Positions 12,170 to 35,016 of a DNA stretch of 64,000 bases are shown piece after piece; the first letter of the stretch is position 1; every line of letters starts with the position of its first letter. Below the pieces are notes generated by a model that saw only the letters and a list, made by a program, of their open reading frames with translations, ran no database searches and was not told the DNA's origin. The stretch is from Macrostomum lignano. Its lineage: Eukaryota. Made by a program: the position numbers and the translations under genes. Location of the stretch: assembly GCA_002269645.1 (NCBI GenBank), contig NIVC01001151.1, forward strand, positions 266,204-330,203, in the 5' to 3' direction.

Positions 12170-13145
12170 TGTCTTCTCTTCCTCCTCTCCCTCTCGCTCC
12201 CTCTCTCTCCCTCTCTCCCTCTCTCCCTCTTTCTCCCTCTCTCTCCCTCTCTCTCTCTCCTCTCTCTCCCTCTCTCCCTCTCTCCCTCTCTCTCCCTCTC
12301 TCTCCCTCTCTCCCTCTCTCCCTCTCTCTCCCTCTCTCTCCCTCTCTCTCCCTCTCTCCCTCTCTCCCTCTTTCCCCCTCTCTCTCCCTCTCTCCCTCTC
12401 TCCCTCTCTCTCCCTCTCTCTCCCTCTCTCTCCCTCTCTCTCCCTCTCTCTCCCTCTCTCTCCCTCTCTCTCCCTCTCTCCCTCTCTCCCTCTCTCCCTC
12501 TCTCCCTCTCTCCCTCTCTCTCCCTCTCTCCCCTCTCTCCCTCTCTCCCTCTCTCCCTCTTTCTCCCCCTCTCTCCCTCTATCTCGCTCTCTCCCCCTCT
12601 CTCCCTCTCTCTCCTCTCTCCCTCTCTCTCCCTCTCCCCACTCTCTCCCTCTCTCCCTCTCTCTCCTCTCTCCTCTCTCCCTCTCTCCCTCTTTCTCCCC
12701 TCTCTCCCTCTATCTCGCTCTCTCCCCCTCTCTCCCTCTCTCTCCCTCTCTCCCTCTCTCTCCTCTCTCCCCACTCTCTCCCTCTCTCCTCTCTCTCCCT
12801 CTCTCCCTCTCTCTCCCTCTCTCCCCACTCTCTGCCTCTCTCCCTCTCTCTCCCTCTCTCCCCCACTCTCCCCCTCTCTCCCTCTCTCCCCCACTCTCCC
12901 CCTCTCTCTCCCCCTCTCTCCCTCTCTCCCTCTCTCCCTCTCTCCCTCTCTCCCTCTCTCCTCTCCCCTCTCTCTCTCCCCTCTCTCCCTCTCTCCCTCT
13001 CTCTCTCCTCTCTCCCCCACTCTCCCCCTCTCTCCCTCTCTCCCCCACTCTCCCCTCTCTCTCCCCCCTCTCTCCCTCTCTACCTCTCCCCTCTCTCTCT
13101 TCCCCTCTCTCCCTCTCCCCCTCTCTCTCTCCCCCTCTCTCCCTC
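12170..13145. repeat. CT-rich (CTCTCTCC)n-type microsatellite
   Basis: Direct inspection. Confidence 0.95.
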
Positions 13146-13911
13146 TGCGAGCACCTTGGCACAACGCCTTCGGTGACAGCGCTGCCCATTCCCCTGTACT
13201 CAGGCACAGCACTCACACACACGCTCACACAGGGTGTCAGCGGTCATTGTGAATTTCTAATCGCCAGGCATGTGCACTCTCTGTGCTTTGGGGTTTGGCC
13301 CTCATGTGGCCCGCACGACTCGCTCCTAACAGACAATGACTAACCAAAGTATAGATACCAAAAAGTATCTCATGCAAAATGATTCCTAGCAACTACATGT
13401 AATGTACTGCCGAACTTTTCATATTTCTTATCTGCAACCAACCGATATATATTGCCCCCTTCCCCCAATAAAAAGCATTCCATGCCCCCCTCTGATCATG
13501 ATTGCCACTAAGGGGATCGGGGCACAGTCCAAGTGGCTATAAAACCAGAAAAAAAGCAACCACCAAGGTTATGGCAAAGGCGAATGTTGCATCCGGGGGA
13601 ATTGGGAATACGGCTAGCAACTAATATGAGCTATCATAACTCAAGCTGGACTACACGGCTATTTGGCTGTTTTGCACACCAAAGCGCAGCAGCAGCCGCC
13701 ACCACCACCTTCTGCCCAGGAAGTTTTACGATCAGAGCTGGGCCAGGTGTATGATAATAAGTAAGTTGCCCAATCGGAATTCCAAGGATTGTCCATTGAT
13801 TTACGATCAATGAGTTGGGTAGGAGACTTATAATATCTGCCGATACGAAGCCTGTGATTGTATTATATTAGTTTGTGTGCATAAGCTTCAGTGAGTTTAA
13901 TGATCAATCGA

Positions 13912-14285
13912 AGGCCCCCAAGGGCCCCTGAAGGATTGAAGGGCTTTCTGAAAGGTTGAATGGCCCTGGAAGTATTCAATGGGCTCCTGAAGAATTGAAG
14001 GGCCTCCTGAAGGATTCAAAGGGCCCCTGAAGGATTGAAGGGCCTTCTGAAGGATTGAAAGGGCCCCTGAAGGATTGAAGGGCCTCCTTAAGAATTCAAA
14101 GGGCCCCTGAAGAATTGAAAGGCCTTCTGAAGGATTCAAAGGGCCCCTGAAGGATTGAAGGGCCTTCTGAAGGATTGAAAAAGCCTCCTGAAGGAAGGAG
14201 GATTTAAAGACCTCCTGAAGGGTTGAAGAACCTCCTGAAGGGTTGAAGAACCTCCTGAAGGATTTAAATGGCCTCCTTAACCTGA
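13912..14285. repeat. Degenerate 19-21-bp minisatellite (GGGCCCCTGAAGGATTGAA)n
   Basis: Direct inspection. Confidence 0.85.
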
Positions 14286-15316
14286 AGAAAAAAGGGCTTC
14301 CTCTTCCATCGAGAAAGGGGTTCGATGCCTTCTTCTGAAGCGATCAAAAGCATTGTGAAGGCAAGTCAAGAAAAATGAATGACTGAAAATCCGTTGCATT
14401 TCCTATTAGAACTCAGTTTGAGCACTTCTGAGTCAGTCACCAGTTTAGGCACGCGGGAATACGAGCTTTGTCCAGTTGGTGGATCAGCTGATTCAATAAT
14501 TTCCTAGGAAGCCGGCGCCGCACGTCCTATAGGTCCTTGGTCATCTGTCCAGCTTCCCATTCGTGTTCACTTTCACTCATACGAATTTGTTGTTAGCACT
14601 GACTGTACAGGATTGATTGACACCTGAAAGATGCTCTGTTACTAAAAATGTAAAGTTAATTTTCTCTGTTCATTTATATCTGTAGACACAGAAACACTTA
14701 CAGTTTGCAGAACGAACTTAGGAATGCAGGGCCAACTCGTTCCACTCTAGTGGATTAGGGCTACAGATGTTGAGTTGACACGGTGCTTAAGACTTGAGCA
14801 AATCCCTTCAAGCTGCTTGTCACTTACCAGCTCACCGCTCAAAGTTGCAGAACTTCCCCCATGGCCAAAATGCCTCTATAATGTTTGAAGTTCCTTTACA
14901 GTTTTACAACTGTTTACCATCTTTATTGCTGTTGATGGCTTGCTGGGCGTTACCGGAAACATAATTTGCTTAGTTTATTGAGAATTTTATGAGGGAAATC
15001 AGCCATTGTGCTGGGCTGCTGGCTGCGGTAATGCAGCTTAACAGCCTTGGCCCCTCTGACTTAAGTATATTATTTGACGAAAAATATTCACAAATTTGCT
15101 AATAAGAAAAAAAACTGGAACGGAGCAAACAATTACTCAATATGCCGTGTACTTTTAATCTTTTGGTGCTTCACTTTATAGCGTCAAGGATGGGGATACG
15201 CTCGTATGTACAGCAAAAATTAAAACAAGCAGCGTAGTTTTCTAAAGCTTTACAGATAAATATAGATTTAGGGGTGCCTAATGAAGCTGGGAGATAGGAG
15301 ACAGACATCTCCCTCC

Positions 15317-15564
<248 letters not shown>

Positions 15565-16404
15565 AGGTTTAACTGCCTAAATCTGTTAAAATTCCGGTTA
15601 TGAATAAAAATAGGAAAAATTCTTCAAGGGCTGCAGAAATGAAGGAGGCCACAGTGAGCCTCAGAGCGCCAACCACGCGAGCCTCAGGGTGGCCGGACGC
15701 AGGTGAGAATTTGCATGGGATAATCAGTCGCATTGCCTCACAGCACTTGAAGCATCCAAGCTGGTGCTGCAGAGCTGAACAGACGGAACCATCTGTCAGG
15801 TGATGGAAGCCACAGGCCCCTTCGCCAGCCCGCAAATTGCCTGGACCGTCACGAACGGCTTCCTTCCTTCCCTGTCTTCCTTAACAACCGTATTCTTTTT
15901 TTCAATTTTTCCCTTAAGCAGCTTCCAGGAGCAGAAAGCCGTGAGGCTTCGAGGACCGGGCAGCACCTTTTTTCACTATTTTTTTCATTAGCCCCCTTGC
16001 TACGCTCGTAAGAGCCAGATTGCGTTTCCCTGATAGCGCAAGTTTTTAACAATTTGCCAATTTTCCTGGTGCCCTAGTCAGAGGAAATCCCTCAAGAGGT
16101 CAGATAACTGTGACTTTGGTACAGACATTGGGTGAGGGAAAATCCGGTCAGACCGACAGACATCAAGCAGAAGAACTGAATAGTCAGGCTATAATTCCCA
16201 TAAGACAAGCAAAACCAAAAAGTCTGTTGCCCCAGCGGGAACTGTTTCTGTAAGCTGATTCCAAGCTCTCCAACAGAGTGCCAGTCTGTTATGCTCGCCA
16301 ATCTTTGTCTGAATCTTCCGTGTTTTTCTGCTCCGCGGGAGGCCCTAAGCGAGATTGACGGATGGCGATAAGAGTCAGGGTGGACTTGTTGACGCACCGT
16401 CGGG

Positions 16405-17733
16405 CTACACGAAGCCGGCGTCAATTTCTTCCTGCGACTTTGACGGCGATGACGGCAGAGCAGCTGGCATTGAATGAGCCGAAGGCAGCGGCAGCGGCGC
16501 GGTGTCTCGGCTTCCGCGAGCTCCTCCTCCTCCTGGCCGAGCCGCGGCGCAGTGACTGACAGCTACGGAGTTGGCGTGAGCGGCAGACCAGCTCATGCGC
16601 AGGTTGGCGCCGGGGTTCACTGTCCGGATCAGGGTGTAGTTGCCGCTGTTCGGCCCGCCCACACCGGCGCCTTTCCGTCCCGGAAGTCCCAGCAGCCTCC
16701 TGACGGTGTCCCGGAACGTGTTGCTGGTGCTGCTGTAGACGATGAAGTTGCTGAAGCTGTCCACGCAGACCAGGATGTTCGCGATGAAGGTGGTGTGCAG
16801 CTTGACGGTCCTGGAGTTTGCCAACTTCTTGAAGGCCGTGTTGTTGAGCACGAAGAACACGAAAGTGGGCAGTTCGAACACGACAAAGCAGATCAGCAGC
16901 ACCATGACTGTTTTGGTGGCGGCGTCCTGACTTCGCGCGGCACCGCCGCCGCCCAGACTGCCCGGCTGCTGGTTGAACTGACGTCGGCGGAGCGTGAAGA
17001 TGATGAGGAAGCTGAGGAAGCTGATGAGAAAAATCGGCGCAATGGTCTGCATGGGGAACAGCAGCAGAGTCTTGTAGTGCTTGTACTCATACAGGTTGTC
17101 CAGCCGCTGATGCGTCATGATGGTCAGCAGGTAGGTCGAAGTCTCATTTCCAGTAGCGTTGCACGGCTTTGGGAAAACTGTCCAGGTGAACTCGAACATC
17201 CTTGGCGAGCACAGCGCCAGGCTGATCACGGTGAGCAGGATGTAGCCACCCAGAGTTCGGTTCGGGCTGAACAGCTGGCCGCTCCGTGTGCTCAGCGGGT
17301 TGCGGACAACCTCACAACGGCTGCCGGCAATCATCACCAGGCACCAGTTGCGGATCATGATGAACGCATTGAACAGCATGAATGACAGGAAGAATGCTCC
17401 CGTGATGAAGTTGGCCGAATCGGGCAGCTGGAAGAGGCGCTGCCGGTTGCCGACCCACAGCATCACGGTGAAGTTGGACGCCAGGCAGATGTTCAGGACC
17501 GTTTCAGACAAGGACAACAGCAAGAGCAGCCGGCGCATGATGATATTCTTGCGGTCTAGAATGAAAATTATCAATGAGAATCCGTTGGTGAAGGTGTTCA
17601 CGTAGCCCAGAATGCAGGTGATCCACAGGTAGACGATGGCGCTGTTGGAATCGCCACCCCCTCCTCCGCCGCCGCCTGCGGCCATCAGGCTAAGGTTAAC
17701 GCACTCCTCAACGCTTGCAAAGTGGGCCAGCAT
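16405..17733 (-). CDS. Intronless class A (rhodopsin-type) GPCR, FMRFamide/Srw-like peptide-receptor group, 442 aa
   Basis: Seven hydrophobic segments. TM3 end MIAGSRCEVVRNPL, TM4 PRMFE, TM6 ATKTVMVLLICFVVFELP, TM7 DSFSNFIVY followed by FRDTVRRLL (helix 8). GC3-rich codons. Confidence 0.92.
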   Translation of the reverse strand: MLAHFASVEECVNLSLMAAGGGGGGGGDSNSAIVYLWITCILGYVNTFTNGFSLIIFILDRKNIIMRRLLLLLSLSETVLNICLASNFTVMLWVGNRQRLFQLPDSANFITGAFFLSFMLFNAFIMIRNWCLVMIAGSRCEVVRNPLSTRSGQLFSPNRTLGGYILLTVISLALCSPRMFEFTWTVFPKPCNATGNETSTYLLTIMTHQRLDNLYEYKHYKTLLLFPMQTIAPIFLISFLSFLIIFTLRRRQFNQQPGSLGGGGAARSQDAATKTVMVLLICFVVFELPTFVFFVLNNTAFKKLANSRTVKLHTTFIANILVCVDSFSNFIVYSSTSNTFRDTVRRLLGLPGRKGAGVGGPNSGNYTLIRTVNPGANLRMSWSAAHANSVAVSHCAAARPGGGGARGSRDTAPLPLPSAHSMPAALPSSPSKSQEEIDAGFV

Positions 17734-18059
17734 GATTGCTTTGATGTCGGCGTGTCTGATAATCTGATTGATTAATAGATTGATTGACTGATTGATTGAT
17801 CAGTGCCTAATTGGCGCACCGGACAAAGGGAAACGCTTGAGTGTTTGAGGGACAGCTTGGGTGGGGGAGGCCAGGACTAATAAGCAGATCCCTGGGTATA
17901 GGGGCCGGCTGACGCTGGGGAGTCTGCAGAAAACAATGCGAGTGCAGAAACGATTCCTGATTGGCTGAGAGCGATTAAGCCAATGAGACGCTGGTTAACC
18001 TGGAGATTTCTCCTTTTTTCGTACCAGACTTTGCTTGGGTAGGAGAATGGAATTATCAG

Positions 18060-19196
18060 ATGGAAGCATCCAATGACCAGATGGAAGCATCCAATGACCA
18101 GATGGAAGCATCAAATGACCAGTTGGAAGAATCAAATGACCAGATGGAAGAATCAAATGACCAGTTGGAAGAATCAAATGACCAGATGGAAAAATCAAAT
18201 GACCAGATGGAAGAATCAAATGACCAGATGGAAAAATCAAATGACCAGTTGGAAGAATCAAATGACCAGATGGAAGAATCAAATGACCAGATGGAAAAAT
18301 CAAATGACCAGTTGGAAAAATCAAATGACCAGATGGAAGAATCAAATGACCAGATGGAAAAATCAAATGACCAGTTGGAAAAATCAAATGACCAGATGGA
18401 AGAATCAAATGACCAGATGGAAGAATCAAATGACCAGTTGGAAAAATCAAATGACCAGATGGAAGAATCAAATGACCAGATGTGAGAATCAAATGACCAG
18501 ATATGAGAATCAACTGACCAGATGGAAGAATCAAATGACCAGATATGAGAATCAACTGACCAGATAGAAGAATCAAATGACCAGATGGAAGAATCAAATG
18601 ACCAGATGGAAGAATCAAATGACCAGATGGAAAAATCAAATGACCAGTTGGAAGAATCAAATGACCAGTTGGAAGAATCAACTGACCAGATGGAAACATC
18701 AAATGACCAGATGGAAGAATCAAATGACCAGTTGGAAGAATCAAATGACCAGTTGGAAAAATCAAATGACCAGATGGAAGAATCAAATGACCAGATATGA
18801 GAATCAAATGACCAGATATGAGAATCAAATGACCAGATATGAGAATCAAATGACCAGATGTGAGAATCAAATGACCAGATATGAGAATCAAATGACCAGA
18901 TGTGAGAATCAAATCACTAGATGTGAGAATCAAATGACCAGATATGAGAATCAAATGACCAGATATGAGAATCAAATGACCAGATATGAGAATCAAATGA
19001 CCAGATATGAGAATCAAATGACCAGATGTGAGAATCAAATGACCAGATATGAGAATCAAATGACCAGATGTGAGAATCAAATGACCAGATATGAGAATCA
19101 AATGACCAGATGTGAGAATCAAATCACTAGATGTGAGAATCAAATGACCAGATATGAGAATCAAATGACCAGATGGAAGAATCAAATGACCAGATG
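18060..19196. repeat. 21-bp minisatellite (AATCAAATGACCAGATGGAAG)n, left block
   Basis: Direct inspection; the same unit resumes at ~20000. Confidence 0.95.
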
Positions 19197-19344
19197 CAAT
19201 GGCATCTGTCCGGTGGTCCCTTTGTCCGCACTGGGTATCTGTACTCAGTGCTTTCCCTCTTAATGGTTTCTTTACTCATTTTCGCAGAGACGCTCGTCCG
19301 TCGCTTGCTGAGCTCTGTCTGATGTTGGTCACGATGCATACTCA

Positions 19345-19560
19345 GATCTCGTCCTTGGTGATCTTGGACTCGCCGTAGATGCTCCAAGAGCCGTAGGACT
19401 CTTGAATGGGAAGGCGCGAACGCCCATTCCGCTAAGCACAAAGACCTGACTCGAGACAGCCAGCATCGAGTACAGTGTTGGACGGAGCTGCTAGCATTCT
19501 ATCTGTACCAACTCCTGGGCGAGAGGACGCATGCAGACGCTCTATCAAGATTTCCATCTG
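19345..19560 (+). mobile_element. Decayed Ty3/Gypsy pol RNase H remnant
   Basis: Across frameshifts it reads LGLAVDA..AVG, PI..S.KT, YSV.GR ELLAFYL and HADALSRFP, matching the Gypsy RNase H motifs (VDAS..AVG / YST.RELLA / ADALSR). The middle part is deleted. Confidence 0.55.
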
Positions 19561-19899
19561 ACAGCGGCAACTGTAGCGGACTTGCGACTTGCGACCGCCA
19601 ATATCGGCCTATCAGATGAAGCACCAGATACAGAAGATCAAATTGAGCGAGCGTCACACGGAGACGTAGAGTCAAGTGCAGGAGCGGTTTGAGAGCGGAT
19701 TGAGACGGCTCGGGATATTAAATAAAACTGCGGGTAAGGAGCTGCCGATCGTAAAAGTACATCAAGCTTTAGAGCTGCATGTCGAGCAACTTCTTAGGCT
19801 GTTTGGTTCTGGACCATTTGAAAACACAGCAAAGCAGGTTATCGAAAGCCGAGACAGCTGTCGGTAACCTGCGGGAATTTTACTGGACTAAATAGAAAA

Positions 19900-19999
19900 A
19901 TAATAATAGATTACACCTTCCCTAATGGGCAGATGTGCAACAGACAGCTCAGCCGCAGCTATTGCGCGGCAGTTATGAAGGCTGCGTTTGGTCCAAGGA
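19900..19999 (-). mobile_element. 3' tail fragment of the same SINE family
   Basis: Reverse complement GCAGCCTTCA..GCCGCGCAATAGCTGCGGCTGAGCTGTC..GTTGCACATCTG..ATTAGGG.AGGTGTAAT matches 9477-9553. Confidence 0.85.
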
Positions 20000-21135
20000 A
20001 AGACCAGATGAAAGAACCAAATGACCAGATGGAAGCATCGAATGACCTGATGGAAGAAACAAATGACCAGATGGAAGCATCGAATGACCAGATGGAAGAA
20101 TCAAATGACCAGTTGGAAGAATCAAATGACCAGATATGATAATCAAATGACCAGATGGAAGAATCAAATGACCAGATATGATAATCAAATGACCAGATGA
20201 AAGAATCAAATGACCAGATGTGAGAATCAAATGACCAGATATGATAATCAAATGACCAGATGGAAGAATCAAATGACCAGATATGATAATCAAATGACCA
20301 GATGAAAGAATCAAATGACCAGATGTGAGAATCAAATGACCAGATATGATAATCAAATGACCAGATGGAAGAATCAAATGACCAGATGTGAGAATCAAAT
20401 GACCAGATGGAAGAATCAAATGACCAGATGGAAGAATCAAATGACCTGATGTGAGAATCAAATGACCAGATATGATAATCAAATGACCAGATGAAAGAAT
20501 CAAATGACCAGATGTGAGAATCAAATGACCAGATATGAGAATCAAATGACCAGATATGATAATCAAATGACCAGATGGAAGAATCAAATGACCAGATATG
20601 ATAATCAAATGACCAGATGGAAGAATCAAATGACCAGATGGAAGAATCAAATGACCAGATATGATAATCAAATGACCAGATGGAAGAATCAAATAACCAG
20701 ATATGAGAATCAAATGACCAGATGGAAGAATCAAATAACCAGATATGAGAATCAAATGACCAGATGGAAGAATCAAATAACCAGATATGAGAATCAAATG
20801 ACCAGATATGAGAATCAAATGACCAGATGGAAGAATCAAATGACCAGATATGATAATCAAATGACCAGATGAAAGAATCAAATGACCAGATGTGAGAATC
20901 AAATGACCAGATGGAAGAATCAAATGACCTGATGTGAGAATCAAATGACCAGATATGATAATCAAATGACCAGATATGAGAATCAAATGACCAGATATGA
21001 GAATCAAATGACCAGATATGAGAATCAAATGACCAGATATGAGAATCAAATGACCAGATATGAGAATCAAATGACCAGATATGAGAATCAAATGACCAGA
21101 TATGAGAATCAAATGACCAGATATGAGAATCAAAT
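20000..21135. repeat. 21-bp minisatellite, right block (dominant variant AATCAAATGACCAGATATGAG)
   Basis: Direct inspection. Confidence 0.95.
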
Positions 21136-21674
21136 GATTGAAGCATCAAGTGACTACGATGAAGTATTAAAAGAGAAAAACCATCGCTGTTAAATCGATG
21201 TATTCGAATTTTCGAGCACACAAAATGCCCATTTTTGAAGAAACAACAAATATTGGTCACAAAAATCAGACGCACAAATAATAAATTTATTTATTAACTG
21301 GCTGAAATCTACAGGTAACGGACACATTTATAAACGCACACATAGCTAGCATTGTGGAATAATATCATCAATAGTGTCTTGGAAACAAAAACACTCAAAA
21401 CAAAAATCACAGGAATATATAATTTCTTCCATCTTACGAATGATTAAAAAAGTCACGATTATTACAGACATCTGTGTAGCGTTATAATCTTGTTAAGCAC
21501 TGTAACCTTATCATAAGAACAAAAATACACAGCTGGTAGCATAGTGGACACTCAATAAAATGATTATCTCGATGGACGATAAGCTAAATAATTATCCATA
21601 TTTTAATATGCAGGTCATCAACTTTCTACAACGACTGTTGTAAAAATTATAAATCAAAAAGCGTTCGCTGCCAT

Positions 21675-22420
21675 ATCTCACCGACACGTCTCACCGACAC
21701 GTCTCACCGACACGTCTCACCGACACGTCTTACCGACACATCTCACCGACACATCTCACCGACACATCTCATGGACACATCTCACCGACACATCTCACCG
21801 ACACAACTCACCGACACATCTCACCGACACATCTCACCGACACAACTCACCGACACATCTCACCGACACATCTCACAGACTTATCTCACCGACACATCTC
21901 ACCGACACATCTCACCGACACAACTCACCGACTTATCTCACCGACACATCACACAGACTTATCTCACCGACACATCTCACCGACATATCTCACCGACACA
22001 ACTCACCGACTTATCTCACCGACACTTCTCACAGACTTATCTCACCGACACATCTCATCGACACATCTCACCGACACATCTCACCGACACGTCTCACCGA
22101 CACATCTCACCGACACATCTCACCGACACATCTCACCGACTTATCTCATGGATACATCTCACCAACTTATCTCATCGACACATCTCACTGACACATCTCA
22201 CCGACACATCTCCCCGACACATCTCACCGGCACATCTCACAGACTTATCTCACCGACACATCTCACCGGCACATCTCACCGACTTATCTCACCGACAATC
22301 TCACCGACTTATCTCATCGACACATCTCACCGACACATCTCACCGACACATCTCACCGACTTATCTCATCGACAAATCTCACCGACACATCTCATCGACA
22401 CATCTCACCGACATACCTCA
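21675..22420. repeat. 13-bp minisatellite (CTCACCGACACAT)n
   Basis: Direct inspection. Confidence 0.93.
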
Positions 22421-22762
22421 TACTGACAGTTTTTAAGCGACGTGACTCATTTCGTCAAAACCAGACTATTCGTAATGGAAGATTGTTTACACTACATAAA
22501 CGCAATTGCCGCAAAAATATGTTTAAAAGCACTAAAAGCTAAAACGACTGCAGTGTCGCTCAGTCAAAATTGACTCGACATTCGGGCTAGGAACTAGGGG
22601 CCATCACAACAATAAACGAAGTTTCTTCAAAAAAACTTGGACAAAAACGCACGTTATTACACATCAATGCTAAATAGTTCCACGCAAATATTAATATCAA
22701 ATGAGATTTTCAGCCCCCCAGCGTACGGCACTCCCTCAGCACTCCCTCAGTTCCATTCACTG

Positions 22763-30736
<7,974 letters not shown>

Positions 30737-31545
30737 GGCTGGATGGTAAAACTCGCTTTTAGTCCAGAAAATTCTAAAAAACATATTTTCATAACTTGCG
30801 GTTAAGCATTTAGTGCTACAACTGTAGTGTGGCTACTCGCAATTAAATTCAGTAAATTATTAAATTATTGCATGGATAAGTTTAACTTAAACACATTAAA
30901 TAATTTCCATTTTATCAAACAATTTTTTTGAAAAATTTGAATTTAAATGTAGAAAAGAGTGAATAAATAATACAATCTGTAGATTCTGTTGATTTTGTTA
31001 TTTTTGAAATTAAAAACAAGTAAATATTGATTACAATTTGTAAAAAGTCATCAATAAAACTGTAAAATACATTAAGATTACCTAAAAACTAATATTTACT
31101 AAAAATACTTTCAAACATTTCTATACTTTCCTCTTTAGGATAATCATATATCTTCAACAAGATCAGAAGCATGACGTTGTGTAAGTATAAATATCTCATC
31201 TAAAAGAGACTATAATTGTTCAAGTGTAAGCAAAAATTACCTTTAGTCCCTGTATTTATCTATTCAAGCGAAAGGGTGAACTGCAGGATGGCTGTGCTCA
31301 AGGTGTCGAGAGCCAAACTTTGTTTTCTTAATCTGATAAATTTTACTTTGTCGCTCTGTAAAAAAATATCTTTGGAAAACAACAATGACATCAAAAGTAG
31401 CTAGTATTTTTTCTTATAAAAGTTTTGCTGTCTCTAAGTATGTTTACTTTTATCAGCTTTCTAACTTTGTTTTACTGTGCAAATTTTCCGGAGTAGTATA
31501 CGACAAATAATGAGCAAGGATGGGTATGAAAAACCGATTTTACGT

Positions 31546-32399
31546 TGTGACGTTGCCAGTTTAAGGTGGTCCCGCAAAAGGGCCGTTGGACTGTAGCTCC
31601 TCTACAATTTCTCCAATCGTTTATTTTAACGTTTACTTGTAGTAGTGCCCAATGAATCTGTACCTAATGTCGCTAATTCACTGCGCGTTTTGCTATCCTT
31701 TCATGCGACCGTAGAAAACTTGCACGATCGATAATTTTAAGTTCTTTAGCCAGCCAATGAAACCACTCGTGCTTCGCGCTACCCCCCCCCCCTCTGCGCT
31801 CTTTTATCAACCCCTGCCTGGCGGGCTGAGGGCCTCCTCACTTCTAGGCTGTTTAGGCTTCGTGGCCTCTTGGCGTCTCGTTTTCCTTGCGGTGTCTGGC
31901 TCTTGTTTTCCTTCTCTTGTCTGGCTGCCTCGAGCCTCCTTATCTCTCGCCACGGCCCCTCTGTCTGGGCCAGCCTGTTTACACACTACTTCACTGTGTG
32001 CTGCCACGGCTAACGCCAATCTCGCCACTACTCATCTGCCTACCTACTGCTACTCACTGCCTTCACCGTGCTCATCGCCATTGCTCATCACACTGCGTCG
32101 CCATCGAATCCTTCGTCTGCCACTGACTTCATATTCTATTGCTTTCAAAACCATTGTTGCAGCCGCCAGTGCCCAGAACGCTATAAGCTTGCATTGACAT
32201 TAGTAACCAAGTTTAATATTGATCTCGACAATAAAACAACCACAGCAGTTTCCTGCCTTTATCGCCAAGTGCTCCGCTACACAATCCGCTTTATAAGAAT
32301 AGACTTCGATTCATTTTGGGACTACGACTTACGGCAACTCTCGTCAAAACGGCCCTTTTAAGGGTCATAGCCATAGCCACTACGTCAATAATCGTGACA
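31546..32399 (+). mobile_element. Solo LTR (854 bp), Gypsy-type by TSD length
   Basis: Starts TGTGACG and ends CGTGACA; 4-bp TSD ACGT at 31542-31545 and 32400-32403; TATA-like CTATAAG at ~32180 and AATAAA at ~32230. Confidence 0.75.
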
Positions 32400-32887
32400 A
32401 CGTCATGCTACAATCCAGTGCTGGCTTTACTAATGGATCTGTCAAAACACTAGTAAATATGTACAATTAGATCTAATGACATACTAATGCATGTACATAC
32501 GTACATGCTACGTACATTACCCGCGGTATGAATAAAATACCATTACCAGAAGTTTGGTATTACGTAGAAAATTGTGTAGAAAACTTAAAACGAATTTCCA
32601 TGATTAGAATAATGCTCGGAAAGCTGATAGTGGACGGCATCCCTATACCTACTACTCGTGCACAGCTATTTCTATATATTTCTTTTTCTATCGCAAAAAA
32701 CTTTTACCATAGACTAACGTTGAGCGAAAACGCATAGCCTGAATCGCGCACGTCGAGTAAACTCGTGAAAACCGGATTAGCTAGAAATTTGCGACACTTG
32801 AGCCATTTTGTAGCTACTAAACAGTAAGGCTTCATTTTTTCAGCTTTAAAGCGCGGGCCTCAATAGCCAGAAAGAAGACAATCAAAC

Positions 32888-35016
<2,129 letters not shown>

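Noticed and set aside
7912-13343. Long ORFs such as SSPLL, ERRGE, RGAME and SLSP
   Set aside because: They are stop-free translations of micro/minisatellites with no splice or domain support.
16474-17605. Plus-strand ORFs of 303 and 105 aa
   Set aside because: Antisense shadows of the GC3-rich GPCR.
19340-19430. Minus-strand coding-looking stretch SYGSWSIYGESKITKDEI*
   Set aside because: It is the exact antisense of the Gypsy RNase H motifs and has no upstream exon partner.
17995-21275. ORFs of 200-438 aa on both strands (ESNDQM, SGHLIL)
   Set aside because: They are products of the 21-bp repeat and open in several frames at once.
31757-32361. ORFs of 73-146 aa between the divergent genes
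   Set aside because: Inside the solo LTR, with no domain features.
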